Assembly (NCBI GenBank): GCA_028534125.1
Contig: CM052827.1
Span: forward strand, 67,642,001-67,706,000
Source of the DNA: Lama glama
Lineage: Eukaryota
DNA length: 64,000 nt
Direction of reading: 5' to 3'
Shown: piece by piece, positions 50,081-61,655 of the stretch
Numbering within the stretch: position 1 is the first letter of the stretch
How the letters are laid out: every line of letters begins with the position of its first letter
Made by a program: the position numbers and the translations under genes
Notes under the pieces: model-generated
Seen by the model: the letters and a program-made list of their open reading frames with translations, nothing else
The model's database searches: none
What the model was told of the DNA's origin: nothing

Positions 50081-50594
50081 TGAAATGGTGGGGAAATTTT
50101 TGTAAAAGTCATTTCAGCGGCTTCCAACCCCAAGGAGGACGTACTTACCTGGGACTTGGGGCACATACAACTTTCTCGACGCGAGTAGCTTCCCAGCCTC
50201 GTTGGTTCTGTCTCCGCTAGTAAAGATACACTAGAGAGTCGATTCTTGTGTTAATCTGAGTCTACCCTTTCTCCCTCTCACTTTTTGCCAAAAATGTCTT
50301 GCATCAGAAGCAGGCAGGTGAAAGGAGGTCCTCCACTGAACGGTGTTTTCCAACCTGATGGTTTTCCCTCTCGTTTTTGCTTTAAGATCAAAGAGTATTT
50401 GCAGTCTTCTTCGTGGGTGGCGAGAAGTAGAGGTCAAGAAGTGACGTCAGGAGGGAGAGGCGTTTGGAATTGTTGGTTTTTATCAAGACAGCTGGTTCCA
50501 GCCCAGAACTTCAACATCGCCTTTACTCGGAATCCACCCATTTCTGTGAACAATGGGAAACCTCATCTCTCTTCTACCAAGATCTCTCCATGTC

Positions 50595-50850
50595 AGTGAA
50601 TGTTCAGTCAGCATCTCCTCAACATCTGGTTTCTCACAAGCACGCTGCGCATAACGTTACAGGTACTCAGAGAGGTGTGTGCTCAGACCCGTGAGGCAGT
50701 GAAGAGGGCGGTTATCCAGGGCTTCAGGAAAGGCTTCAGAGAGGAGGGGGCAGAACTGACCCTTAGCTGTGGGCACTTTTTCATCAGGCCCCGGAAACAA
50801 AGAAGAGCATCCCTGAGGAGGAGGAGCGCGAACAGAGGGCCAGAGCTCAC
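50595..50850 (-). mobile_element. L2 fragment
   Basis: tcaggaaaggcttcagagaggagg...agagcatccctgaggaggagg. Confidence 0.55.
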
Positions 50851-51274
50851 TCCGAGGACCGTCCTAGACGACTGACAAGACGACACTAGGCTTTGAGCCC
50901 CTCTGACCTTCTCTTGCTTTCTCACTTTCTGTGCCCTGTCCCTCCAGGCAGCAGCCTCTCCTGCTCCCCACACCCAGCAAAGAAGGAGGCGTGTAGGCAG
51001 CAGCTGTGTGGCAAGTGATCTGATCGCGGTGCCGTGCCGAGTTTGCCGATCTGGGTGGTGAGAGCTGTTTTAAAATTGTTAATATCTAGTGGGGTGACAC
51101 TCTGATTGAAAACACCTCCCTACCCTGTAATTAATTTGAAATGTTTTGCTGTTCGTAAAAACATTTTGTTCCACGTTTTGATCTTCCCTTGTGTTTAAAG
51201 CTGTTATTCTAGACTTGAGAGAAGTGTGATTTTACGTTTGGGATAAATTGAGAAAAGAAAAAAAGTAATACTCA

Positions 51275-51895
51275 AAAAACAGTCAAATGTGGAGAAACTG
51301 GTACACATTCTCATACACTATAAATGTGAGTGCAAATTGGGTAAATCCCTTTAGAGGACAATTTGGCAAATTGGGGTAAAATTAATGTGTGTGTTTTTTT
51401 TGACAGTTACACATCTAGGACTTTATACTTTGGGTATATGTGTGCAAAAAGTATGTATTTCAGAGATATTTACATAAACGTATAAAAATATATGTTCAAG
51501 TATGCTCGTTGCCACATTGTTACAGAGGAAACGTAATGGTGTAAAAGCCTAGTAACAAAATCCCAGTAGGGAGCTGATTAAACAAACTTAACTTATTTTA
51601 TAAAAATAAGAGATCTATTTGTACTGACATGGAAGGATGTCCAAACTCTGTAAGTGAAAAAAGCAAGTCGCAGGACAATATGAACAGTGTGGCCCCGTTT
51701 TTATTTGTATATTCTGTCCGAAAAGTATGTTTAGAGGAACTCTGGAAAGATACATCACAAAGCGATGACCAGTGGTTGTCTCTGGATGCGGGGTTACTGG
51801 GGCCACGTGCTTTCTGTTACAAACTTCTGTCCGTTTGAATTGTTTTTTTGTTGAGCACCTTTTATTTTGATAATAAGAAAAGTAATAAACAAAGC
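51275..51895 (+). mobile_element. L1ME-type LINE-1 3' end
   Basis: gtggagaaactgg...ctcatacact...gtactgacatggaaggatgtcc...aagtgaaaaaagcaagt...tctggaaagatac. Confidence 0.8.
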
Positions 51896-52249
51896 ATTTC
51901 AAAGAAAACTGGGAAGAGCTGTAGCAAAGACAGATAGTGAAGCTCACTCTGAGGATCTAAGATGCAAAAAAAAGTCAGCCTCGCCTGCTCCCCAGGAGAA
52001 CAAACAGAGGAGGCGGCAGAGGAGGATAACTGATGTGGCGTTGGATTCAAAATGCAGAAATGTGACAGAAGAGGCATTCGGGGCCACTCGGGACTTGACT
52101 ACAGGGATGAGGTGGGGGAAACGTGATAAGGCTGCAAGGAAGTTCTGGTCAAAAGACTCGCAGAGCACTTACCGTCCTCTGCTGAGTGATGGTCACAGGC
52201 CGTGGCAACTGTTCCAGCACGCGTTGATGCTGAGTCACAGCAACAGTGC

Positions 52250-52470
52250 CAACAGCCAACGCGGTGCTTGTGGTAGGCCAGGCGCTGCGCGGAGTTTCTG
52301 CGCACGTCCGCGCTCAGCCCTCACAGCCGCCCGGTGACGTCAATGCCATTCCAGCCTCGCGCTGGGGAGCGGAAGCGCGGGCCTGGAGAGGTTGTCTGAG
52401 CTGTGCGAGACCACACAGTCTCGAGGTGCAGGGCTGGGCTTTAAGCTTGGCAGCTCGGCTCCAGAGGTTC
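52250..52470 (-). mobile_element. MIR SINE (strongly GC-shifted)
   Basis: gccaggcgctgcgc...cctcacagccgccc...gagaggttg...accacacag...ggctccagag, collinear with antisense MIR. Confidence 0.7.
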
Positions 52471-52959
52471 AAACCTCAACGCGCCGTCGAACAGAACCAC
52501 GGAAGCTAGAGGCCGTTACCCGTGCCTCTCTTTCTACCAAGTGTCACAGTTCTTCGCTGATTTGTGTTTACTAAGTTACAGCACCTGGCATGCCCTAAGG
52601 CACTCGGTAATGCTCACTGAATGAGTGAACGACTGACTTTCCTGCTAGAGGAGAACCTGAGCTCCTTGGAGGGGTGATTTGCACTGTTCCGTTGTTTGCC
52701 GCCTAGTCGTGTGCCCGACGTGTGGTAAGCAATGTGAATTTCACTCATCTGTAAACATGTTTTTGAAAAGTTGTACAGAAATCAAGCTTTATAAATTGAC
52801 CCCAGGTACACTGGGGTAGCTCGTGAATAATGTCATGATGAACTCCTCCCCATCGAGTGAAGAACAGCCCTGGGGGACAGAGTTGAACCTGGGTGTACCT
52901 GCTTAACCACACACAAGTGCACGTGGAATACATTCGGCTTGGAAAGTTGCAGTAACGCT

Positions 52960-53145
52960 GGAGAGTGGAGAGCTGCAGGATTTCAAATCGTTTGAGCCTC
53001 TCTCTTTCTCTCACCTCTCTCGGGTTCTGGAATGGGCACAATAGCACATCTCTGCAGTTACTGTGAGGCCAAGGAGTCAATCACATAGGAAAAGGCTTAG
53101 CCAAGTGCCTAGAACAAAGGTTCTGCTCAGTAAATGTTACCCATT
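52960..53145 (+). mobile_element. MIR SINE
   Basis: aatgggcacaatagcacatct...gttactgtgagg...gtgcctagaaca...gctcagtaaatgttac. Confidence 0.65.
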
Positions 53146-53984
53146 CCAAGTGTGTCCGCATATTGTAAGTGCGACCAGATTTCTTAGTCTCTTGTGATTA
53201 TAAATACAACAGCTAACGTAATATTGTAACACCTGGGAGCTCATATACATCCTAGTCGGAGCTCAGCCCAGGCATGTGGTAAAGCAGTAGTGTCCTCATC
53301 CTGTGGAGGGGGGAAGTCATAGGACGCCGGAGTCAATTGTCAGAGCTCTCATTTGAGACTAGATGAGATCTGGTGCAAAAGCGAAGGGGCTGGCTTCTGA
53401 CAAGAACATGGCTAAGTCCATCTCTAAGAGTAGCAGGCAGGAAGGCAGAGAATATGGTGCGGATTCTCAACTGGTTGAATTTGGTGTTTATGCTTTAAAA
53501 AAAAATTCCCCAGTGAAGGGACTGCTTAGTCCAGGGCTACCGATTAAGAAGCACTGGATTGCCAGACAGGCAAGCCTGATCTGATCTCTCCCTGAGTCCA
53601 TTTGAGAAGGCATAGGTCCATTTCTTTCTCCTCATTGTGGTTGATTAAGACATGCCCCCTTAGTTTTTCTCGTTTCAATTTCGCCATATTGTTTCTAAGT
53701 ACAGCAGTCTGGCAATTTCCCTTCCCCTTTGGACCTTACGTTACGTCAGGACTTGTGGAGAGTGACCCCACACTTCCTGCCTGGTTCCATCCTCTCCACA
53801 CTGCTCTCCTCCCTCCACCTGCTCATTTCTAGCCTGGTCCCCAGCATTTAGGTTTCCTCAGCTATGAAGAAGGGAGACCATGTGCTTCCTGCCTCCAAGG
53901 CTGAGAGTTTAAACAGGTCCAAGAAGTGAAATGGGTTCAACCCATCTAGAGAAACAGAAAAAGAAGAGGAAAGTGGGAGGAGGC

Positions 53985-55118
53985 ACTCCACTTCCCTCTC
54001 CTTTTCATCTAAACATTTCAAAAGAATTGTTTATACTCATTGTCTCCGATTTAGTTCTTTCCATTTTCTCTTCAGCTCAATCTAATCACGATCTTACTCC
54101 CATTGCATCACTGAAATTGATGCTTCCCGGGACACTGACAGCTTCCGTTTTGTTAAAGCAGTTCTTGGTCCTTAATTGACTTCTCAGCAGCACTGCTCAC
54201 CGGTCCCTGCTCTTTGGTAAACTGTCTTCTCCTGCCTTCCCTCCAAGGAGCTCATCCCATCACAGAGCGTTGAATTCCCTCTCCACGCCAACAACTGCAC
54301 CTTTACAGCTCCAGCATGGTTCCCCCTCCTGAGCGCTAATTTGCGTCTCTAACTGCTTATTTGTCTTTCCCACCAGACCTCTAATAGATACCTCGAAATT
54401 AAGTCCAAAACCGAACTCCGGTTTCCCTCCAAAACCTGTGCAACACACACAGCTTTCCCGCTCTCAGCAAATCGCAGGCCCATCTTCCCACTCGCTTGGG
54501 CTAAAAGCCTTGGAATCACCCTTGGCTCTTCTTCCTCTCACAACCTGTGTCAAAGCTGCAGGAAATCCTGTTGGCTCTTCTTACTAAATACACACCTCCC
54601 GTGCGGCACCTTGGCTCCTTCCGCCGTTCTCTCTCCTGGACGCACTCACCAGCCACTGCACCAGTCTGTGTGCTTGCATTCCACTCCGCTGTCCCATCCC
54701 TCCCTGCAGTCTACTCTCAACAGCAGTCCAGGTAGCCCTTTTAACACGTTAAGTCTAGTCACCTCACTCCTGCGCCCGGGCCCTGCGGCGGCGCCGCACA
54801 TCACTCGGAGTAAAGGCCAGGGGCTCGCAGCGGCTTGCACGGCTCTCCCCCAGCCTGCATCCCGACACACAGCCGCGTCTAAGGTGGAACGCCTGCCTGC
54901 TCCCCTTCCTCTTCCCTGGCTTTGTCGTTTTCCTCTGAGCACTGACCGCCTACTGGTTACATACATTTTGTGCAGTCTCTATCTCTGTGCTAGAACACAA
55001 GCCCTTTGGAGACGGGAAAGTGCACCTGTCCTGCCCACTGCCATGTTCGCAGGCATTCAGAATAGTGGCGGGCACACAGCAGGCACTCAGTAGCTGTGTT
55101 TTAAAGAACGAATGAATT
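53985..55118 (+). mobile_element. L2 (L2a-like) 3' region
   Basis: ttgacttctcagcagca, gtccaaaaccgaactc, aaaagccttggaatcacccttg, gcagtctactctcaacagcag, tail ggcacacagcaggcactcagta...gaatgaat. Confidence 0.8.
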
Positions 55119-56499
55119 CATTGCAGATTTCAAATCAATATAAATGCAGGGAAGTCTTTCCTAGGAAGAGATTTTTTTCATGTAATTCTGTTCTCTAGGT
55201 GTTTGTTAACTGAGAAAAGGCATTCATATTCAGAATCTCCAAATTCAGACCTTTTGCTAAAACAACACCTAGTGGTTTGTGCGGCAAAAGAAGAAACTTA
55301 GTGGAAAGTGCTACCTTTTTGTTAGTCCCCTAGCCAACAGGAAAAGGAAAACGAGCTGACCTGAGTTAGCAGGAAAAATGCCAAAAAATAATTCCAAAGT
55401 CCTCAATTACATTCTTACCGAGGAGAACATTTAAGCACAGTAACACAGCAGTGACGAGAACAAGCTAGAGAAGGTTAAACATTCGCTTCCTCGTGACACA
55501 TTACTGACTTTAAAACTGCCACGTTCCGTAGCAAAGTTGCCATGGATTCTAGTCTGGCTGCAAGGTAAGGTCTAAGTGACATAAAAGACCACAAATGTGA
55601 CACAGAATAGCAAGTGGGATTTTAATTACAGTTTTGGCCACCGAAAGTTGAAATGACAAAAAAAGCCTGAGAAAACGCACTGGGAAGAGGAACTGGGCCA
55701 TACTTTGAAACAAAACAAAACAGAACCAGCTCCCAAAGCAAACTGATTTGTATGGTCGTTTGAAAAGAGGAAGGAAGAATGAAGGCCCTTTTCAAATGGT
55801 GAGCTGACTGTTTAAAAATCCGCTCAGAACTCCCTCTGCTGGGGTGTCTCCTCCGAGCTCTGTGTCTCTGGGAAGAGCAGACGAGCACAGCCAGACACCT
55901 GAGCTGTCAGGATGAGGCTGAGCAGGGCTGGGGCTGCAGGGAGGAAGGCGAGCCCAGGAGGAGAGAAGCCAGCCCGTGGGGTTTCCTTACTCCCCGGTGA
56001 GATGCCAGCATTTCTGGTTTTGAGAGACTGATGTCTGACCATGGTCTAAACTTCATCTGACGACTCTTCAGAGCAGCGTGGCCGGGAGATGACTTGAAAA
56101 TAAAGCTGAGATGGAGAGGTAGTCATGGAACTGAAAGTCCCCATTTTCCTGGGGCGGGTTGCTCCCTGGCAGTGCGTGCGGATAAGAGGAGGCAACGGTC
56201 CACGCTCATGTTCCCGGACACTCTCCAAGTCAGCGCCATTGCTCAGCCCAGCGGGGCACCTGAGCCACGCGGTAGCTAAGACCATGCGTCTAAATCTGGA
56301 TCTAAATCTGGATACCAGAGACTAAGTGCCCAGAGCCCTCCCATTCCTGAGATTCCCCGGAGTTTATCTCCAGGGCACTGATAGTTCCTCTCGCCACCTT
56401 CCTCATCGACGTTTGCGTCATCTCTTAAAATCTTTGCTCTTTTCTTTCTTTCTCATGCAGTGAGAGTTTTGTGAGTAACTGGGTTTGTCCCCCTTCTCT

Positions 56500-56800
56500 C
56501 TATGTGACAACCTGTAAACCTCCAGCCTGCAAATATATTTTACCTGCAGCATGTTTTCTTAAAAAAATTATTTTTAATTAGTTGCCAATATTTAATAATC
56601 AGGAAATGTCACAGAAAAATCCAGATTTCCAACACTTTCGCTGGAGTAACTCCTGCACAGCAAATTTGTGCTGGGGCCGAACCGTACTGCTCCCTTCAGC
56701 TGCCTCTCGCTCAGCAGCCCTCAAGCCTGGGGCCACGCCTGATTGTCCCTGGTTTCACGGGGAGGGGTGGCCTTTATCACTTTGTGCATATTGTCTTGTC
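56500..56800 (+). mobile_element. MER102-like hAT-Charlie element
   Basis: aattagttgccaatatttaataatcaggaaatgtcacagaaaaatccagatttcc. Confidence 0.65.
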
Positions 56801-57169
56801 TGCAACAGAGGAACACTCCTTTGTACCACCTCCTAACCTTTCCTCCACAAGTGCTTCACGTTCCCTGTGCCCGACCCACGTTTAAACTACCTGTCTGGCT
56901 CTTCCAGGTGCTTAAGGCTGTGATGCGTGGTTTCTGTAATCTGGCTGTCTGCGCAGGTTTTCCACAAGGAAAGCTCTGAAGAGAATTCAAAAATGAGGTG
57001 GTGGCACGCCTTAAGCGCCAACAATCCAAGACGGTGTATGACCATTACCAGGCGGCTGGGCCGAGGGGGCGCTTGCAGCCAGGGCTCTGATGCTTGGACC
57101 ACAGAGCTCGTGACAGGTCATTTTCTTAGAAAGGTAGTCCTTCGGCAGTTCCCTGGGGTGCGAGTCACT

Positions 57170-57305
57170 CACTGCCCCACTTTTCACAAGTGCAAACCGG
57201 AGGCGCAGAGAAGTGAAGGGATTCAGCCCATGGCCACACAGCTCACAAATGCTGGACCCAGGAGCCCAGCCCAGATGTTTGAGGCCAAGTTCAACGCTCT
57301 TTATA
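57170..57305 (-). mobile_element. MIR SINE
   Basis: gaggcgcagagaagtgaagggatt...cccatggccacacagct. Confidence 0.65.
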
Positions 57306-57581
57306 GCAGCTGCACCATAGCTGCTGCACGTCACCCCTGAAAATCAGTGTGCTGTGATGTTGAGAAGTCTTTACAATGCTCTCGACCACCAACTCGACAG
57401 CATGTGTCAGTGCCTCCCAGCCCAGCTGGTGAGGAGAAATCTTGGAGTTATGTTTGATGCACACCCCTTCAGCCCCCGTATCTATCCAGGTAAATGGTCC
57501 TGTCTATTTTGCCTTTAAAATAACTACTCTACCCAAATGTTTCTCTCCATTTCGTCTACCCAAATCCATTGATTCATTCTT

Positions 57582-57712
57582 TTTTTCGGGGGGGTGGCGG
57601 GGGTGTTAATTAGGTTTATCCATATATTTATTTAATGGAGGGACTGGGGATTGAACTCAGGACCTCCTGCAAGCTAAGCACACACTCTACCACTGAGCTG
57701 CACCCTTCCCCC
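57582..57712 (-). mobile_element. Vic-1-like camelid SINE
   Basis: Reverse complement reads gggtgcagctcagtggtagagtgtgtgcttagcttgcaggaggtcctgagttcaatccccagt...aaacctaatta; TSD ttgattcattctt (57569-57581) / ttgactcactctt (57714-57726). Confidence 0.88.
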
Positions 57713-60154
57713 GTTGACTCACTCTTGAGTCAATGCCTGGCCTCCAGCTGTGGCCCCCGCGCAGCACTCTCTGCTCCCCTCCCCGCCTCTGTATTTACAC
57801 CTGTCTCTGCCCATGGGACGCAGCTTCCTCGTGCCTCTGCTCGTCTCAGAAACGTACGGTGATTTCCTGTGAGTTGGCTCTAAACCCCTGGCTCTGATGT
57901 TCAAGGTCCAACTTTGTGGCAGCTGGGTTTTAGTTTCCAATGTCCACTGTTCTCCTCTGTGGGAGATTTATACTTCCCCAACCAGTGGCCTCCGGCTTGG
58001 CCGCATACCTTGCTTTGCCAGTGAAATGTGAGTGACAGCGACACGTACCACTCCCGAGGAGGAGCCGTAAGAGCCATGCAGGTTCTCACCATCTCCCGGT
58101 TCCCTCTTCCCGGAGGATGTCAGCATGCCAGATTAGAGCTGCTCCTGCAGCCTGGATCTGGGACTGAAGACAGTGTGGAGCAGGGTTACTGCCCGCATGA
58201 CGGCTGATCCTCGGGCACTGCCATGCAGACTCGTAGGAGGGCTCCTGTTTACATAACGTGCTCACGTCACATGAGCAAGAGATCACCCTCTGCTGCCGTG
58301 GCCTCTGGGAGTGTGGAGCTGTTTGTCAGAAGGCAGCCAGAGACAGCGCCGGTGCAGCCTCCTCAGGCAGTCTGCTTCCCTGATTCCACGCAGCGGGCTC
58401 CCTTCCCGCGGCTCTGACCGCGTGTCTGTTGCCCACAGCCTTCCTCCCGCTCTTTGAATTAGAGCCACTTCACTTGCACCTGTCATTTCCCTTGGTGTCA
58501 GCTTAGTCCCAGAGATGTGCTCAAGTTAGAGACCGCTGGCTCTGGATTTCGGGCAACAGGAGATCTAGAACCTGGTAGACACTCTGCTGGTGCACACAGC
58601 AGAATGACCATACGATGTGACCCTAATGCCAAACGGTCGGTGCACTAAGCAAACAGAGCTCCTACACGTCCAGCCATTCAGGACACGTGGGCTTGCAAGC
58701 CCCAGAATCCACAGCTTCCTCCTCAGAGATGTAGAACTTAAGTGGCCAACTTGGTTTGCTCCAAGTTGGATGCTCTCTGTGATTTCTTGACCTCTAGCTG
58801 CTGCCTTGGTGGCTGTCTTGCACACTTGATGTCCTTAATCTGGACAGCAGCGTCGGCAGCAGCCACCCAGAAGTATGGCCCAGTCCCAGGGTCGAACTGT
58901 CAGAACGCCGATTCCAAGGCCCCCGTCTCACGGAGAGCTGGCTCTCTTCAGACCTGCTCCCTGGTGTTCTCGCCGCCTGCCGACCTTCCTTGTTCCCCTT
59001 CTACACTGGACTCCGTCATGCCTTTCTCATGAAGTCTCCCGCTTTTCAGATCACCTGGATATACGGTGGGGAGGGGCCCAAGGGAGACATAGTTCTCCAG
59101 GGTGGTGCCAGGGGCCTGGTTAAACCCTATGGTGACAGTCTCATGACTGCTCTAGTCCTGGGCTGCACCAGGGAGGCAAGGGGACGTTCAGAAGTTTCCA
59201 GGGACAAATTAGGCTAAGAAGCCAGGGACGCAAAACTGGGCAGCAGGAGGCCTGCACTGGCGTTAAGCAAGCAGAATCATTGGCTAGAAAAGGACACAGG
59301 AAAGGTGAGTAACTGCAGGGCGAGGACCGACAGCCCAGACCCCACGCCTGCAAACCCTGGGTTGGAGGCAGAACATTCCTTTGTGTGGAGCCAGAGGGTG
59401 TGGTCATTAAGGCAGCTCCCCCTTCAAGGATCTTCCATAACCACTCTGGTCCTCATAGAAAACCCTCTGGTGCCAAGGGAAGGGTGAATGCCAGCCCCTG
59501 GGCCACCCCCACCCCCGCCAGGTCTGCCCTGGCTCCTGAGTGAGGTCCTGAGGTCCTGCCAGGGAGGGCGCCTGCTGGGTGTCAGGACAGCCAGGACGGA
59601 GGGGAGGGGCCCCGGGCGAGGAGCTGGTGAGGAGAGTCGGGGCTGGAGTTGCAGAGATTTCAAGGGCAAAAGCAAGAAATGAGGTGGGGCCTGGGGAGAT
59701 GAGAAGGGGGCTGGACGGTTCAGAAAATAAGCCAAGTTTAACGAGGTGTGAGTGCCAAGTGGAATCAGGAATAACACGGAAAAAGGATTCTAACAGCTAG
59801 TGGACGTTTGAACACTGGTTTAGTGTAACTCTCTTGGGCGGGGGAACAGAACGTAATGTACAAGCTCTGACCTCCCCCCGCCGCCCGCTGCCCTGGACCG
59901 TTGACTGCAGGATGTGACTGTAGGTTGTTGTGTGTTTCCCCTGCTGTGTCACTCGTGTTTCTCTGACTCTCCCAACCAGGATCTGGACTCTTTCTGTTTC
60001 TTCCATCTCTCCGAGCCCTGTCTTGAACAGTGATGAGCCAGTGGTTATTAATTTGTGAATTAATGCCTACCATCAATCCTTTCTAATGTTTGTTCCCCTT
60101 GGCATTGCCAGACATGCATGCATTGAACAGGAATTTATTTTTATCCATTGTAAG

Positions 60155-60450
60155 TAATAACATTTATTGAGAACTTGTTAGCTGTGAGTCAAGCATTGTG
60201 CTGGGAGCTGAAACCCCATATCAATAAAACACTCTCAGTCCCTGGAGAGCGCACAATCTTGTGGGGAGAGACAGAAATGCAAATAGAAAAATGTATTCTG
60301 CCTGGTGTTCTGTGAAGCAAGGGAGGCTTCACAGAAGAGGTGGTCATTTTGCTGGACCCCAATAATGGATAAGTGTTCAGCGGGTAGAGAGGGCAGGGGG
60401 AGTCCCGTGGGTGGAGGGAGCAGTGCGAACGCAGACACAGAGATGGACTG
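60155..60450 (-). mobile_element. L2 3' end (antisense)
   Basis: aacatttattgag...gcattgtgctgggagctg...agggaggcttcacagaagaggtgg. Confidence 0.75.
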
Positions 60451-61589
60451 AGTCCTCTCCACTCTATCCTGTAGCCATGGGACAAGGGACAAGACCTCGT
60501 CCACACCGAAATTCAACAAGTCCTTGAATAAGAACAAATACACAGTTTCTTTTTATGCTGTGCAAAAAGTGAAAACCATGGCTTTATCCTTTTGCCTCAC
60601 TCACAGGCATGCAAGTGAGCCCTCAGCTAATTGCTTTTTTGATGGGGCTGTTCAGATTTCTAAGTTTCTCATCAAGAGTCTGTAAACACGAGATCCTCTG
60701 CCTTCTTCACTGCGAGCACTAGACTTGAGTGACAACTCCAAAGAACTGCTCTTCTCATCTTGTCTGCTATGATTAATTAACCTACGTTGTATACATCTTG
60801 AATAGATACTTCACATTCATTTTGACCACAGAAATTTTTTGCAGTAATACATTTAAAAATGAGTCCTGTTATCTACAGAGTTCTCCCTTATTTCTCAGCA
60901 TCCTAAAAATCTTTTCATTCAGCTAAGATGGTCCGACAGCACTTTATCCAGCTCTGAGTGAGCAGTTTTATCTTCTGAGATATCACGGAATGCTTGAAAT
61001 GACATGGATTCTAAAGACTCGTGCCTTGTGACACTAACACAGTTCAGAGAGAGTGGGCTATTTATCCAAGGAGGAAGTTCTTCCTTTGCTGAAGTCCAGG
61101 TGGCTCCCTCTCTTCGCCCTGGGTGTTCACTAGACCAGCAACAGCGACAGACTCAGTTTACGTTCCTCTAACTGCATGCAGACACTTCTGCCCGGGGAGC
61201 ATTCGCTGTGAGCCCACGAGGCAAAGCCACAGCCGAGCCCCAGTGAAGAGCGTCAGTGCAGTGACTGGGAAGGGCAGCTGCAGGCTTTGCAAGGATGGAA
61301 AGGCTCGGTGCGGGCACCAGGAGCCTGGGCTGTGCTTTCACACCCGGAAAGGCCTCTGTGATCCTGTAGCTGGAAAATCCAGAGAGGAAGTGACGCTGCA
61401 GTGGGCAGCACTGTGACCTGTGAGTTGGACCTTTTGCCCGGCAGGACGGCGGAGAACCTCTCCCTGGAATCTGCTCTGACCCAGCAGGACTCTTGGGTTT
61501 GGGTGGATGGACGGCTGAGAAGTGTATTGCCACAGTGTCTTGTTCTCGGCAAGAACATGTGAGCTCTTTTTTGTTAGTTTTTTTGCTTT

Positions 61590-61655
61590 AGTTGGTGGTG
61601 GTGTGTGTGTGTATGTGTGTTAGTTGTTGTTGTCGGGGGGGTGTATGTGTGTTAG
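61590..61655 (+). repeat. GT-rich simple repeat
   Basis: ggtggtggtgtgtgtgtgtatgtgtgttagttgttgttgt. Confidence 0.75.

Noticed and set aside
48665-50220. Multiple 100-343-aa ORFs at the distal CpG island
   Set aside because: Same GC artefact; overlapping in many frames with no domain.
56289-56312. 12-bp tandem duplication (tctaaatctgga x2); similar at 36848-36878
   Set aside because: Ordinary slippage duplications; not arrays and not CRISPR-like.
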